A stretch of DNA of 64,000 nucleotides, taken from NCBI GenBank assembly GCA_964016885.1, contig OZ024740.1, positions 94,550,001 through 94,614,000 of the forward strand. Reading direction: 5' to 3'. Below are positions 37,787 to 52,716 of the stretch, piece after piece. The first letter of the stretch is position 1, and every line of letters begins with the position of its first letter. The notes below the pieces were generated by a model. It saw only the letters and a program-made list of their open reading frames with translations, did not search any database and was not told where the DNA came from. The translations under genes were made by a program, and so were the position numbers. Source of the stretch: Eledone cirrhosa (lineage: Eukaryota).

Positions 37787-38365
37787 GCTAATTCTTTTGG
37801 GTCAGTTCTGTTTCTCTATTGCCGTCTTCAGACGTTGAACATAGGGTAATTTTGTTTTTATTGCAGAGAGGGAACTCTTCTGAGATTGCGTGCAGTTCCT
37901 AATAGCCCGATCTTCTCTAGCTCATATTTTCTGATCTTGCAAGAAAGGCCGCTGAAATGCAGGTCTGAGTATATTGGTTTTAAACCTAACACTCCTATTT
38001 CCACGAGAATTTTGATTGATTACAGTCAGAAAGTCGTTCTGAGAATCTACCATGTAGTGATTTTGCCTTCCATTTACGATTTAGTTCTTCTGTTGGGATT
38101 TTTTTTGTTTGCTTTGATCATCAAAATGATAGCTAGCTGCGCAGCAATCATTTGTTGATTTTCTATGGGAATGTCTTGTTCCATATTCAGTTTGTGCCTA
38201 CATTTTCTTGCCTCATTTGTTGTTGAGTATAGTTTCTTAATTCGTTCATGCTTGAGTACAGGCATAAATAAGTCATGCCGGGTGAGGTGGAGGTGGCTAT
38301 CCAATCTTATCGTTTCTGTTTTGTACGCAGCTTACAGTTGTCGAAGCACCTGCTCACCTTCTCTA
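37787..38365 (-). mobile_element. Deleted 3' fragment of a second R4/Dong-like family
   Basis: The - strand ends …LEKIGLLGTARNLRRVPSLQ*, matching the nuclease C-terminus above; its tail is the (TAA/CAA)n at 37717-37786. Confidence 0.7.
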
Positions 38366-38374
38366 CTTGATATA

Positions 38375-38642
38375 TGAGTTTATGTCGTGCACCTACTGTC
38401 ACGTGTAGGACGGACCCGACTATCAACTGAGTCAATTGTGCAGATCCCCCCGCCGTCCTCCTTTAGAGGGGAAGGACAGCCATGTTTTATGTGCCAGGTC
38501 GCCATGGTGAAAGAGGCCGTGTGGTGAATGCGTTTGAAAGGGTTGAAGACAGCAATCTTCCTCTGAAGCCCTGATTAAATTTTTCACATTTCGCTTGAAG
38601 ATCAGGGTGGAGAATACGTGCTGCCCTCCAACCAGTTTCGTT
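38375..38642 (+). mobile_element. Tx1-like ORF2 C-terminal fragment
   Basis: Similar to 8485-8760 (cacctactgtcacgtgtaggacgg…gaaagggttgaagac…gccctgattaa). Confidence 0.8.
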
Positions 38643-38699
38643 AAACTACAAACACCAAAAAATACCATTGAAACAAATACCTAAAGTGGTTATTCCTAT

Positions 38700-39813
38700 T
38701 ACACCAAAACAACCGAAAAACCACAGCAATTATTACTACACGATCTATGACCAATGTTTTCAATCCACATATGTATACCAAGCAATCTACTTCTCATAAT
38801 CTACCCAATAATAACACCAAATACAACCACGGTAATTTAGCAAATTCCACAAATAAGGATACTAACCATATGAATTCTTCTAGAACGCATTACAATAATA
38901 TAAGTGGTAATAATAACTTAACTAAAAACCGCAAAAGAAACATAACATGATACAACGCACCCTTCAACCTGCAAAATATTGGACAAATCTCCCAAAAATT
39001 CTTTGAAATTCTACATAAACATTTTCCACCAAACCACAGATACCACCAAATATTTAACAAATATACTGTTAAATTCTCATACTCTACATCAAACAATCTC
39101 CAGCAAAAAAAAAGCAACTAGAACATTTATAAATTTAAACATAATATCACTACACCACCACAACATAATTTAAATAGGACTGCACCTTTGAAAAAGGCAA
39201 ATAATATAATCCCTCACCCTATAAAACACAACCACCAAAATCACCAACACAAAAACAACAGAACACAAAATCACAATATAACCCTAGCACCAAACCATCT
39301 ACAAAGCATATTTCATACTCCTGCTATCATTAATTACAATAGGAATAGCTCAAGGATTATTGAGAATAGTATCGTCACCCCAGCAACCTTCTTACGTATG
39401 GCTGTAATTGCAGAAATAGAAGCATTTGCCCCTTAAACTGTTTGATTAATAATGTAATATATAAATGCACTCTGTCTACTACAGACTCGAACAAAACATA
39501 TATAGAATCTACATCAAACACATTTAAGAAAAGATTGTACGCACACTCTAGTAGTTTCAACAGTACTAAACTAGCTAACACCACATCCTTAGCTGAAGCG
39601 GTAAATAATTATAAAAATAAAAATATATATTTCAAGTTATCGTGGAACAACATTCTACAAAGAACTCCATATCTTGGGAACAGAAGGGAATGCAGATTAT
39701 GTTCAGGGAAGATCTTGGAAATTACTAAATCTAAGGACGATTTATTAAATAAAAGGCAGGAAGTGATCTTAGTTTGTAATCAACGTATACGAAGAACATT
39801 TAAATATTATTAA
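38700..39813 (+). pseudogene. PLE linker and GIY-YIG endonuclease remnant (Naiad-like)
   Basis: RKRNIT*YNAPFN…HFPPNHRYHQIFNKYTVKFSYS, CNCRN.C.L, then NVIYKCTL…KTYIESTSNTFKKRLYAH…CRLC…LLNKRQE. Confidence 0.85.
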
Positions 39814-40063
39814 CATAATTAAATATTCTAAATAGCAACTCACTATAATTAAATATAGTTACATTTATTAGTACCCTTTCCCCTAAGTATATGCATTCAT
39901 GCTTATTTTTTACCTTTTGATGTTTTAGCTTCCTTAGGTTTATGTGTTTATCACTAAAGGCAACAAGGTACACAACCACCCGTAATTGTATGAGTAAATA
40001 TATATCTATGTATGATATGGAAATATATTAATGTGTGTGTATATATATATTTATGTATGTGTA

Positions 40064-40142
<79 letters not shown>

Positions 40143-40263
40143 GTATGTGTATGTGTGTGTATGCGTGTGTATATATATATATATGTGAGTATATATGTAT
40201 GAGTGTTTATATATGAGTGTGTGTACATGTATGAGGTGTGTGCATACACATATATATATGTAC

Positions 40264-40339
<76 letters not shown>

Positions 40340-42362
40340 GTGTGTGTGTGTATGTGTGTGCATGTGTATAAATATATGTATATATGTGGGCATGGGTGTG
40401 TATGTGTAGCTATAGATATTTATGGGTATGTGTGCATATGATTATGTGCATATGTGTAAATGTGTCTTTAGGTTTGCATCTATTTGTTCGTATGTATATT
40501 TTTGGTTGGATATTATCATAAATGTACCTTTCTATATATAGTCTGGATATATGCACTGTGTAATCTATGGAATATATGTGTTTTAACTATACCAACATGT
40601 ATTTTTCTGAGTTTGATTATTTATACATAAACATACCTGATAGCATTTTAGAGCGTATCATATGCTGTATTATACTAAGTGCAATTTACCACACCGTACT
40701 ATATTGTGTTGTTTATGTTGTATATTATCGCATTACTGTATTTCATTATCCTATTATAATTTTCAACTTTTAATATACTATCTTTCCTAGCCATAACCTT
40801 AATTTATATTCTCCTAAAAACTCAATACAACACTAATCAGCATTTATTTTTATATTCCTTTTAAACTTCACTATACCAGATACATTCAACTATCAGTTTG
40901 GCAATCCCTTTCTGCCTAATAGATTTGTATGCCAATTCTGCTATTAACACCATTCAACCATTGCTTTCAAAGGGCCATGGCCACAACTAAAGTGTATTAC
41001 TTCTGATCTTAACACCATCTGAAAAAAACAATTTGGTTTTGTTAGTTCTTCACGTACCTCCAAATAAGGATATGCTACAACATACTACTAATTCTGAATA
41101 AAATTATTATTGCTTTTTAAAACAGCTTGTGATATGCATGTAAGTAAATATTCTCTTTATCTGATATTTTGTAACTAACCTTACATAGAAAACTAACGGT
41201 GTATAGCTACAATATATTATCATAACCTTGAAACGATCGTAAAGCAGTGAAGTATATCTCTAATGACTTGATTTTTTATTTCATATAATAGTATACTCAG
41301 CTGTCGTTTACTCAGTTGCGATGTCAAACGTGCCAAGCTGTATCGGCCAATGTTTTTCCCTTGGACAATATCTATGGAACGGGGGGGGGGATATATAGGT
41401 GAACATGGGCTACTGATGGTTTTCTTAAGCAACAATGCACAGACGTTTGTGTCGGATGGGAACTATCTAAATGCAAATACCATGGACCGAAGTGTAACCT
41501 TACCTTTAACAATACATATATCATAATATGTAAAGCTCAGTGTATGATCACATTTCTTTGTTATAGAAATCTACGATATATAATGTCTTCAATTGAAATT
41601 TACAATTCAGTATTCGAAAGAGCTTCGATTGGGTAATTGCACATATATGTTTTTCAATTTCACCCACAATTACGCAAACGATCGATAAAAATAAATATTT
41701 TACGATTTTCCCTCTCTCATTTCAACTGCTAAACCCTTTCCATTAACCTTCAAAATCTATACAACTTCATAATTCTGCTACTTTTTCTTTCCAAGCTGAA
41801 ACAACTATTCTTTTCATTTTACATTGTTGATGTTGATGGTGATACTGTCCGTTTTACTCTCTCACTCATACACTTTACAGACTAAACAACAAAAACATTA
41901 GCCACATTAACGTACAATTTCGTTTATTCTCAATGTGAGTCTTCAAACTGATTTATTTATTTGCAAACACATACAATCACACACTCACATCAAATGAATA
42001 ATTAAACTTTAAATCAATTTAACCGCCAGCCGGATTTCTAACCACACATACGCACTTCATTAACAAATAAACATTCTAATGACAATTATTTTCTTTTAAT
42101 CGTAAAATCAAACGATATAATTATTTTCATTTTCGGTTGTTAATCTTCATGGCGATAATACTACCCTTTCTTTTCACATCATGTGGAATAATTTTTTAAA
42201 ACACTATTCGCAGACTTCCTTATACAACAAGGTCAATTGCGTAGCCGGTATTCAATATTTAGCCGGTAAAACTATGTAGCAGGTAAAATGATACGTAGTC
42301 AGTACGATGTTATATAGCATGAACAGTTTATATAACCGGTAAATGTTATGTCGCCGTTAGCA

Positions 42363-42494
<132 letters not shown>

Positions 42495-42937
42495 TAGTAC
42501 CGTCAATACACACATGTGTGTGTGCGTGTTTCAATGTAGATTTCATTAACAATGACGAGAGTACAGTCGCGCCAGAAACAATTCAATTTCTCATTCTTAA
42601 CTGCTAGGTACGTTCACAGGTTTATTAAGTACTTTCAGTAAGGAATAAAAAAAATTAGGGATTGAACCTAAAACCACGACATAAACAGGCACCAACAAAC
42701 GTTTTCTCTGTCCTGTCAAAAAGTGATTGTTCCTATCCCTTTAACCTACGACCTCAGTTAGGTCAGGCGAAAGTCAAATAGACAGCGGATCACCTATGTA
42801 GGTACACACCCTGCTGCGGTATGTCTATTTTTCTAGCTGCAACCATATTATATATACCGTAGTTAACAGAGACCATGACACACCAGGCCTGAAAACCAAA
42901 CGAGATGGAATATTCATTATAATACATCAGTTCCTCA

Positions 42938-42967
42938 GCCCCGAGCAACGCCGGGCACTTCTGCTAG
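42938..42967 (+). mobile_element. Helitron-type 3' terminus (hairpin plus CTAG); 5' end not located
   Basis: CCCG AGCAACGC CGGG hairpin, short spacer, CTAG followed by T. Confidence 0.65.
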
Positions 42968-43626
42968 TAGTGGATAATCTGAGCGTTACGATTTGGACAG
43001 CAAATTCCAGATTGGAATAATATGTCTCATCAGAAGCGTGGTCTTAGATGATTGACGCGGGCACTATGTGAAGAATACGTGAGAGGCCTGAGATAAAGCG
43101 GTCAAGTAAATGATAGTGTCACTTTGAAAATCTTCGTTGTAGGTTATAGAAAGCCTTAGTTATATATTTTTGTATGTTCAAATATGTGTTACATATGTAT
43201 GTTTGTGTGTTTCTCTGTCTGTTCGTGGGTGCTTTATTGTTTAAGAGTATATTTGTTTAAAATACATCAGTGTTGAAATGTTGGAGGATGTATGACTAAG
43301 AAGAATGTTTTGTTATTTCTTGCTCTGTGATCTCCAGTTATTTGTATGTTTCTGTATGTGGGTGTTAAGATGTATGCTCAAGGACTAAGTGTTGACTTCA
43401 GTTTGTCTGTACATCGGAGTAGCTCTGCATAAATTACGTGCCCTATGTTGCACCTGATTGTATCAAATTAACTTAAGAGTACACTTATGTTTGATCCACG
43501 GGACGTGACAAAAACATCTAATTCGAGTTGGCATCGGAAACAAATTAAACCACCAATGTTGTATCACGTGAAAGCCTTAGCATTGCAGATGCTGTCAGAA
43601 AGTGTATAACCAAGTGTATAACCCCA

Positions 43627-43688
43627 AAGCGGTGCCCCAGCATGGCCTTAGCAGAATGGCTGCAACATGTAAGAGAGTAAAAGAGTAA
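43627..43688 (+). mobile_element. SINE 3' end fragment
   Basis: gcggtgccccagcatggcc… ending in a tandem gtaa(g/a)agagtaa tail; recognised from memory of cephalopod SINE tails. Confidence 0.5.
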
Positions 43689-44323
43689 CCACAAATTAAA
43701 TGAAGATAGTGTTTTTTGAGGAAATCAAACGTATAAACTAGTATGCCTGAAGTATATATGACTCCGAACCTTAGAGATGCGTTAAACAGCAACTATTATT
43801 TCAGAAATATACATCTGATAGACCATAGACAATGATGTAATTGAACATAAGTACCCGGTGCTTTGGATATGCCACTATCAACCTCTTCTTGCAGAAATAG
43901 AAAGTAAGGAAAGGGTTAATTTATGTTTAGCTATCAGTGTGTTATAATAAACAAATACATGGACAAGTGCTATTCGAGGCTTCAGTTTGTGGTGATTATG
44001 CGGCAATTGATGCAACATCCTGTCCTGCAAAGTAGCACAGGTATTCAGGATTCGCTACTTGATAGAATTTAAGGCTTTTGTTTCATTAATCTACATCAAA
44101 TAGACTGAGATAATTCATCATAGAATGCCAGCCCACATAAAACTATATGTTAGGCACAGAGATCCAAGACACGAGGATATCACTTGTATCCCTCCTCATT
44201 TATTAGACTCCCTCACCTCTGACATTTGGTCATTTATTTGACAAAACTTCATTATTTCAGCCCGGAGATAGAAGACCTACCATTTTATTCTTAATCATTA
44301 CACAAGCTTGAGATCATTATTAC

Positions 44324-44537
44324 AGAGGTTAACTTTGCCTTTCATCCTTACGGGGTCGATAAAATAAAGTACCAGTAATGTACTGGGTATTTGCTAGCCT
44401 TGTCCTTAAATTAGAAATAATTATTATAGCATTGCGTGACTAATAAACCACCAGTCACGCACTGGGGTCGATTTAATCGACTTTCCCCATCCCTTAAAAT
44501 TTGCTGGCTCTCCGCCAAATGTAGAAAGAAATACTAT
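44324..44537 (+). mobile_element. Two adjacent 5'-truncated SINE fragments
   Basis: gaggttaactttgcctttcatccttacggggtcgataaaataaagtaccag (compare 21010-21060) and ccagtcacgcactggggtcgatttaatcgact. Confidence 0.7.
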
Positions 44538-47500
44538 ATTATTAACTTCCATATTCGTCTGTTCAAAATTTGAAATTTATTTATGGAGGTTTTTTACAGA
44601 ATTTTACATATTTCTTTTGAAATTCATATATCTCATCCGTTGACATCAATGGTTACGTCAAGCAGTATTTTGTACTTTCTTATTAAGGTTTCTCTCTTCA
44701 CTGATACTTCTTTGAAATTGACCTAACTCTTACTACGATATATATTACCGCTGTATTGCAGCATGTTCGGTAGTACATTACTTACATAAATAAATCTTTA
44801 ACACCAAACTTCATTTTAATATAGCTTCAAAGAAATTATGTTTAACATTATCATTATGTGATATATTTCATTATTTCCCATTACGTATGCTTAGGAATCT
44901 ATAATCTGTTGTAGAATGTTACCACAGATGTTTTAATAATTTTCATATATGAATCCTTTATGGATATTAAGGGTTAATTCTTCGTACGATTGCTACAATA
45001 GGGCAAGTTCTTTTAGGGAAGATTTGTATAATTGAAACGGAATTATTAAGAACCTCTGGCGTTCTTACATGCAGGTGTTATTCACATATTGTATCTGATA
45101 TCCCGAAAAGTTAAAGGTGAATCAAATTTTATCTCATCATTTTATTGGTAGACATCAAAATATAATCACATACTATGCGTAAATATTTATGTCTGAATTA
45201 TGTTAGCAATCGTTAATTCGTCCATAATCATTTTCACGTCACGTTTATAAGAAAGTGTTCAAAATTTATGTGACATATCTGTGAAATAATAAAATGAAAA
45301 TTATGAAGTTATAGACCTTCCAGGAACGTTTATGTTAACTATTTAACTTAATTAACTCTTTATCGATTATTATTGTCCATCTTATAATTTTGTGCAACTA
45401 ATCTTTTTTTCCTGTTTTATTGACATCGAATCCATTCGTTATGATTTCACTTCGTTTGAAATTCTAATTAATATACACAAATTATATTTTGGTATAACCA
45501 AAATTTATGATTGGTTGAAGGTTTACATGTTTACGAACATCAATTATTCCCTGATGATTCAAATGTACATAATTGGTGATATGAATATATTTTCTTTTGA
45601 TGAAATGTGTATAGCACTGCGAAGTTTTTAATGATAATGTAATGAGTTTCCTAAATGATTGATTTGTAATCTTGTATATAAAGTGATGAAATATTTCAGC
45701 ATATATAAAAAAATGTTTAATTTTTCGGAAAGCCATGATACTGGACATTTACTCCTGAGACAAATTATTTTATATACTATGGGTATGTCAGTCTATGTGT
45801 ATTTTCTTATTATCATTTTATTCTGAAATTTTAATATGTCATATTCTTTTCTTTCTAAAGATTGCATATTTTGGAAGGTGCTGCAGAAAAGTGAACTTCC
45901 CCACAGCGTAATTCTCCTTCCATGACACCAGTAATGTGGTCTACGTCTGGAACGTAGAAAGATAAATTTGCACAATTCGCATGGCATTTAAGCAGAGGAA
46001 CAATATGAACATTTTCTTCAGGGATTCATCTACATATTAGTCCTTGATTAGCTGATTACTTTTAGTAAATTTACAACAAACCAATATTATTGTATGATAC
46101 CCTGTTTCGTAATACCTAACTAACATTTAAACTTCATTTGCATGAATTATAATTCCATCTCTAAAGATTGATCACACGCTATAAAACTTTGCAAGGTTAA
46201 CAAGTTATAATTTCACTTTATATCCATATAAAGTGTATGGAAAACTATTAAATCTTGTGGATTATATATAAAACAATTTGAAATTACAAGACCCTATTCC
46301 ATATTACGGACAAAATATAGGATGGGTTACATCGAATAACTATCACAATAACAGACAATAATATTAAAGCGTAAGCACATTAATTTATATTACATTAAAT
46401 CAAAGTAAACAAAACCAAACAAATAGCATTACAACAATATTGTGGAGCGTGTTGACAAGAATGGCATCAACAATATATGTGTCCGACATACGCTATACAC
46501 ACTTAAATAATTTGTGACGTTAAACAAGTACATTCTGAAGATAAAGCACTCACAGACATACTGTTGGTACATATGACAACGTTATTCTCCTATCACAAAT
46601 CATGCTTCTACATAACCGATTCAAGACGAAAAAGGAGTACAAACTATATCCGAAAATTTCAGTAATCACTTTCTAGAAATAATGGTGATTGTCGTTTGAT
46701 TAAAGGTCATTATCCTTTTGTGGTATTCGGTGTTGTCTGTTTCGACTAGAGTAATGTATTTTCTTACAAACCTATTGGTGGATGTTTAAAAATCATGAAC
46801 AATAAAAACAATACATTTTCTGCCACAGGCATCTTTATGTCGTCATAGTAAACCCTGCAATATATAATCTTATTTTGTATATTTAAATATTGTTAGCGTT
46901 AATAGATAATAAATCAAATATGTACATATAACACCGTTAAAGACAAGCATTTCCAGGTTAGCTGTTGCTGTAAAGAAAATTAAGGTGACTACATATTAGG
47001 AGTTAGTTATCTAGTTCATGTGAAAGAGTGCTTTTATATGCTAAAGTTAAATACATTCCAATAGGGATAATCAAACACCAAATCAGCAATAAACAATAAC
47101 GTAATGTTCAGTTGATAATATAAACAGACACACTACCGCACTTAATTCGAAATCATAAATGGATACAACCATATCTTTGAGCAGATCGTAACGCAGAGGA
47201 GATGCTATCAGGATTCTCATTGATAAAAACAGCATTTTCAATTTTAAAAGCAATGGTAATTTATGAACTTATTAAATATAGTCGACTGAGAATTATTCAT
47301 TTAAAGTTATATAAGGACTATATAATATACTATATCATCATTCTTCTTACTATTTGATTTTCAACATTTAATGTTCCATCTTCATTGAGTATACTTCAAG
47401 TAATACGCGACGTTCTAGAAATGTAAAATTTAATTCGTTTTAAACTATTTAGAGTATATTATATGAAATATTAGATTATTCTTTCTTTGCTAACGTGAAA

Positions 47501-49836
47501 TAATATATATATAAACACTTATACAGAGTCTCACTCAATCGAATGTATAGGGGGTATAATCATATACGGAAGATCGTTTTTAGATCATTTCAACCAGAAA
47601 CGAATCAAGAAATAAAAGAATGAGTTTGATCAAATTGCTTACTATATATTCCCATTTTGATTACAAATGTAACGCTAATTGTTCCAAATAGTCGTATATT
47701 AACGGACATATGAATATCTCTTCCATCAGCAATGTTACTTCAGCAATTTTTTTTAAATATACAATTGTGTTTCAGTTTTATTATCTATTTCACAGTTTCC
47801 TCACTTCAGTCAAACATTAAACCATTACTGATGTATTTTATTGCTCTAGACACTCATAGGATTTACCGGCTTTACGATTGACAATTGGGAAGTATATTTA
47901 TAGCAATGTCTATAAATGTAAGTTGGGTAAAATAATATAGACGGTAAACCGACGAGCTATCAGATATCCCGGTTTGATAGCATCCCTTGGACAATAAAAT
48001 AAGAGCTGTCTATACAGATATTGTAAGTCAGGTAAACTTAAAATTTGTTCACGCCTATATATCATTGCACGAATATTTCTGTGTTATTTTGTTTGTCTTC
48101 TTGAACGTTTTGATGCGTTATTTTGACAGAGAAAATTATAAACATACGATGCACGAAAACATAAATATATATGCTGTATTCTCTGATGTGAGGTAACGTG
48201 AATATATGCCATTCTTGTTCATGAATGGCATATATTCATGAACAAAATTCGTGTAATAAAATATATCATCTATTTATGTATCATTCAATGTGCACGCTTC
48301 TTATTTTCAGTCACTATTACGATTAGTTATGTTTTTTATATGAATCTATTCGAGACGCCAGTTTCGATGATGTTTGACATTCCTTATATAAATAAATACA
48401 TGCATGAATATGTATAGAGAATCTAACTATTCCTCAGGTTTTCTATTTAATTCTATTCGATCATACCTGTGCCATTCGATAATACCTGTGCCATTTCAGT
48501 AGTGCAGACAGAACGTATATAATGTCAATAATATAGTCGTGAACCAGTTTCTTATTTTTCTCCAATGTTTGTATGACTTTAATGCACAGGTATTCTTATA
48601 ATTTGCATGTAGGTAACTATATATATATATATATATGCGTGTGTGTGTGTCTGTAGGTGTGTCTGTGTTGGTGTGTGCGTTTGTGCGTGTTTGTATGTCC
48701 GTGACCGTGTGGTGTGTGCTTCTATCAATGTGTGCATGTATTTGTGTGTGTATGAATGTATATGTGGTTGTGTTTGTGTGGGTGGGGGATTCAGTGTCTC
48801 TATATAGACATTCAGATCACCATTCCCCCATAACGGCTGACTCAACACAAATGTGATTTTCTCACATTTCTCGATTATTCCCTTGTCTCTTCTTTTTCTC
48901 TCATTCACTTTTCTGGTGAAGGACTTGCCTCCGAAATAGTATGAAAGCTGTGCTACTATATTAAGCGTTAAACTAACATATATATTCATTCCATTATAAT
49001 GTTTGACTTGTTGCCTTCAGTATACTTAAAATTGTTTGTGAAATTTGGAAACATTAATGATAGAACTATATGATGTGAAACTAAAGTAGATTTTATCAAC
49101 AAAAAAAAAAGGAAACTTTTAACTTTACGTGTGTGGTATATACTAAACGGCTATGAGTATGTGAATGATTAAACATGTAACCTCTACCTGGAAATATTAT
49201 TGTGGTTAATCCATCCATTTGTTAAATCTCGTTCGATGAGTTAATTCCATTCAGCGAACATATTATTGCTTCTAAAAAATAAAATCACACGAGAAAGAGA
49301 AGAAATTGTAATTTAATTATGTAATATGTAACTTAATTTTAAATTTTCCAATTACCGATCAATATATTTTCCTTTATGATAAGAACGCAATTCGTACTAA
49401 AATCAGAGTCATTGAGATCTGAGTCACTTTGTCTGCATTATATATGAAATTTGAAAAATTAATTAAATATAGAAAAACAAATAATTATATAAATAATAAA
49501 TCACAGGTCTTGTATTCAATGTGAAGAAAACTATATTGGAATCGCTATTGCTTCAACATATAATATTTATTCTTTAGAGTATAACGAAATCAATGTTGAT
49601 AGAAAATCGATTGTTAAATTTCCCATCGTAGCAGATATATGAAAAAATCCGTTGTGAGAGTAGTTAGAATACACACCCGCACCTCACAAACAAACAAGAA
49701 ATGTTTGGAAATGTAAAAAAAGTACTCAATATGAATGTAGTGATAAATATTCAAATATTCTGGTTGGGTGGTGAAACTCATTGCGTTGGTGTTTCACCTA
49801 CACGCTCGCAGAATCATCGAACAAATTCAAATATAT

Positions 49837-49903
<67 letters not shown>

Positions 49904-49905
<2 letters not shown>

Positions 49906-50042
49906 AGATCAAAAGATGGTTGAAGGATTTCCAAGTATTTTATTATGCGCATTTCAAAATCAAATATCATCATGGGTGACATTTGATTTTGAAATGTGCA
50001 TAATAAAATACTTGGAACTCTTTTAACCATCTGTTGATCTTC
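49904..50042. repeat. Near-perfect fold-back with arms of about 65 bp, each carrying a hammerhead 3' half
   Basis: Both arms read GAAA-UG(C/U)GCA-UA-AUAAAAUA outward from a central hairpin; located between (TA)n tracts. Confidence 0.8.
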
Positions 50043-50136
50043 TATTATTTATACTCTAGTTCTATAAACTGTGGAGCGCTACTTATACGATATTTGCATT
50101 GCTTTATTGTGCTACAATAAAACTTCCTCCTACATA

Positions 50137-50292
<156 letters not shown>

Positions 50293-50405
50293 AGTTCACA
50301 TATATATATACATATATATACATATATATTTTTATATAGTTAATTATGCTAATTGGGATAGGAAATTCTATATATTTTATCTTGTGAATCTATAGACATG
50401 TTTTA

Positions 50406-50767
<362 letters not shown>

Positions 50768-50807
50768 TACCTCATTACACAATATTTCAAGTGAACTATA
50801 ACCTCCT

Positions 50808-50897
<90 letters not shown>

Positions 50898-51050
50898 GCA
50901 CACATATATATAAAGTTATACTATGAGAGGGACATGTTGCCAATAACTTTCTTTCACTTCAATTCATTATGAATTAAATTTATTTATTTAGGAATACATA
51001 AATTTCCGGTTGGTGGGTTGGTCCCACAACCAGACGAATGTTCATACATT

Positions 51051-51093
51051 GTCAAACTTCTTTCGTCACACATTATGTGAACTCTTCAGTGAC
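51051..51093 (-). ncRNA. Minimal hammerhead, core intact, stem III decayed
   Basis: GUCA-CUGAAGA-GUUCACAU AAU GUGUGAC-GAAA-GAAG-UU-UGAC. Confidence 0.7.
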
Positions 51094-52471
51094 TGGGGAT
51101 TATTTTCTTTCTTTTTGTGCCTCTCGTTTGTTCTGTCCTACGCCATTTTGTTTTTTCTGTGTGTTGTGTGCTTAGTTTGCGCATGTGTTACATCCGGGTG
51201 TCTGTGTCTGTTTATATTTGTTTATTTATTTGTTTATTTACATATTACTGGTTGGTTGTTTGTTCTATATGTGTGTCTGTTTTCAATTTGTCCTTATTTG
51301 TAACTTGTGATGTTGTTATTCCATTCATGCTTTCTATTTAATTTTGGTTGGAGTTCATTCATGTTTATCGCCTCTGTTATTTGTCTAAACATTGCATCTT
51401 TTCTGTGTGTAGATTCTATTTTTATTTCTATGTTCTTTAATTTACCCTTATGTCCTATAGTAGCATGTTTGTAGAGTACAGATGATTCTTTACTATATTG
51501 AAGCTCCGGCCAGTTTTCATTTATCCTTTCTCCTCTACTACGAGCTCTCTCACCTATGTAATCTATATTATTATCTCCACATTGTCCTTCAGTACATATT
51601 ATGCTATATACTACATTTCTAGTTTTACAGTTAATATGGGGGATTAGTTTAAGTATTATACATTCCTTATCAATAAAGGGAGGTCTTTGAAAAGGGTATG
51701 TATTGCTAATAAGTGTTTAATGGAGGTATCTGGTCTTTCTAATATCTTAATATTGAGGTTATGTTTATCTAGGACCCTTCTGAACTCAGAAGGAAATTCA
51801 GAAGGGCCCTAGATAAACATAAACTAAATATTAAGATAGTAGAAAAACCAGGTACCTCTATAAAAACACTTATTAGCAATACATACGCTTTTCAAAGACC
51901 TGCCTGTATAGATAAGAAACGTATAATCTGTAAACTAACCGCAAAACTAGAAATGTAGTATATAGCATAAGATGTACTGAAGGACAATGTAGATATAAGA
52001 ATATAGTGTACATAGGTGAGACAGCTCGTAGCATAGGAGAACGGATGAATGAACACTGGCGAGAGCTTCAATATAGTAAATAATCATCTGTACTCTACCA
52101 ACATGCTAAAATAGAACATAAGGGTAAATTAAAGAACATAGAAATAAAAATATAATCTACACACAGAAAAAAACGCAATGTTTAGACAAATCACAGAGGC
52201 AATAAACATAAATGAACTCCAACCATAATTAAATAGAATGCTTGAATGGAATAGCAACATAACATCTTACAATTAATTACAAAATGAAAACACACATACA
52301 CATGGAACAAACAACCAACGAGTAACATGTATATAAACAAATAAATAAACAATTATAAACACAGACACTCGGATGTAACACATGTGCAAACTAAGCACAC
52401 AACACACACACAAACAAGATGGCGTAGAACAGAACAAAGGAGAGGCACAGTAACAAAGAACATAACCCCCA

Positions 52472-52514
52472 GTCATTGAAGAGGTCACATCATGTGTGAC
52501 GAAATACGTTTGAC
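52472..52514 (+). ncRNA. Minimal hammerhead with core C>U mutation
   Basis: GUCA-UUGAAGA-GGUCACAU CAU GUGUGAC-GAAA-UACG-UU-UGAC. Confidence 0.6.
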
Positions 52515-52716
52515 AATATATGAACAATCGTCTGGTTGTGGAACAAATCTACCAACGGATATTTATAAATTCTGAAATTTATAAATTTAATTTATAATAA
52601 ATTGAAGTGAGCACACTGGTGCGTGTGTTTTATATTGGCAACATGACCCTCCTAAAGTTTAACAATATCGGTTTCAACACACATTTTCAGATAAATAATC
52701 TTGCTAAACAAATTCA

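Noticed and set aside
49760-49830. Degenerate hammerhead-like string on the - strand (UCGAUGA…GAAAC)
   Set aside because: Core mismatch and no stem I or cleavage triplet.
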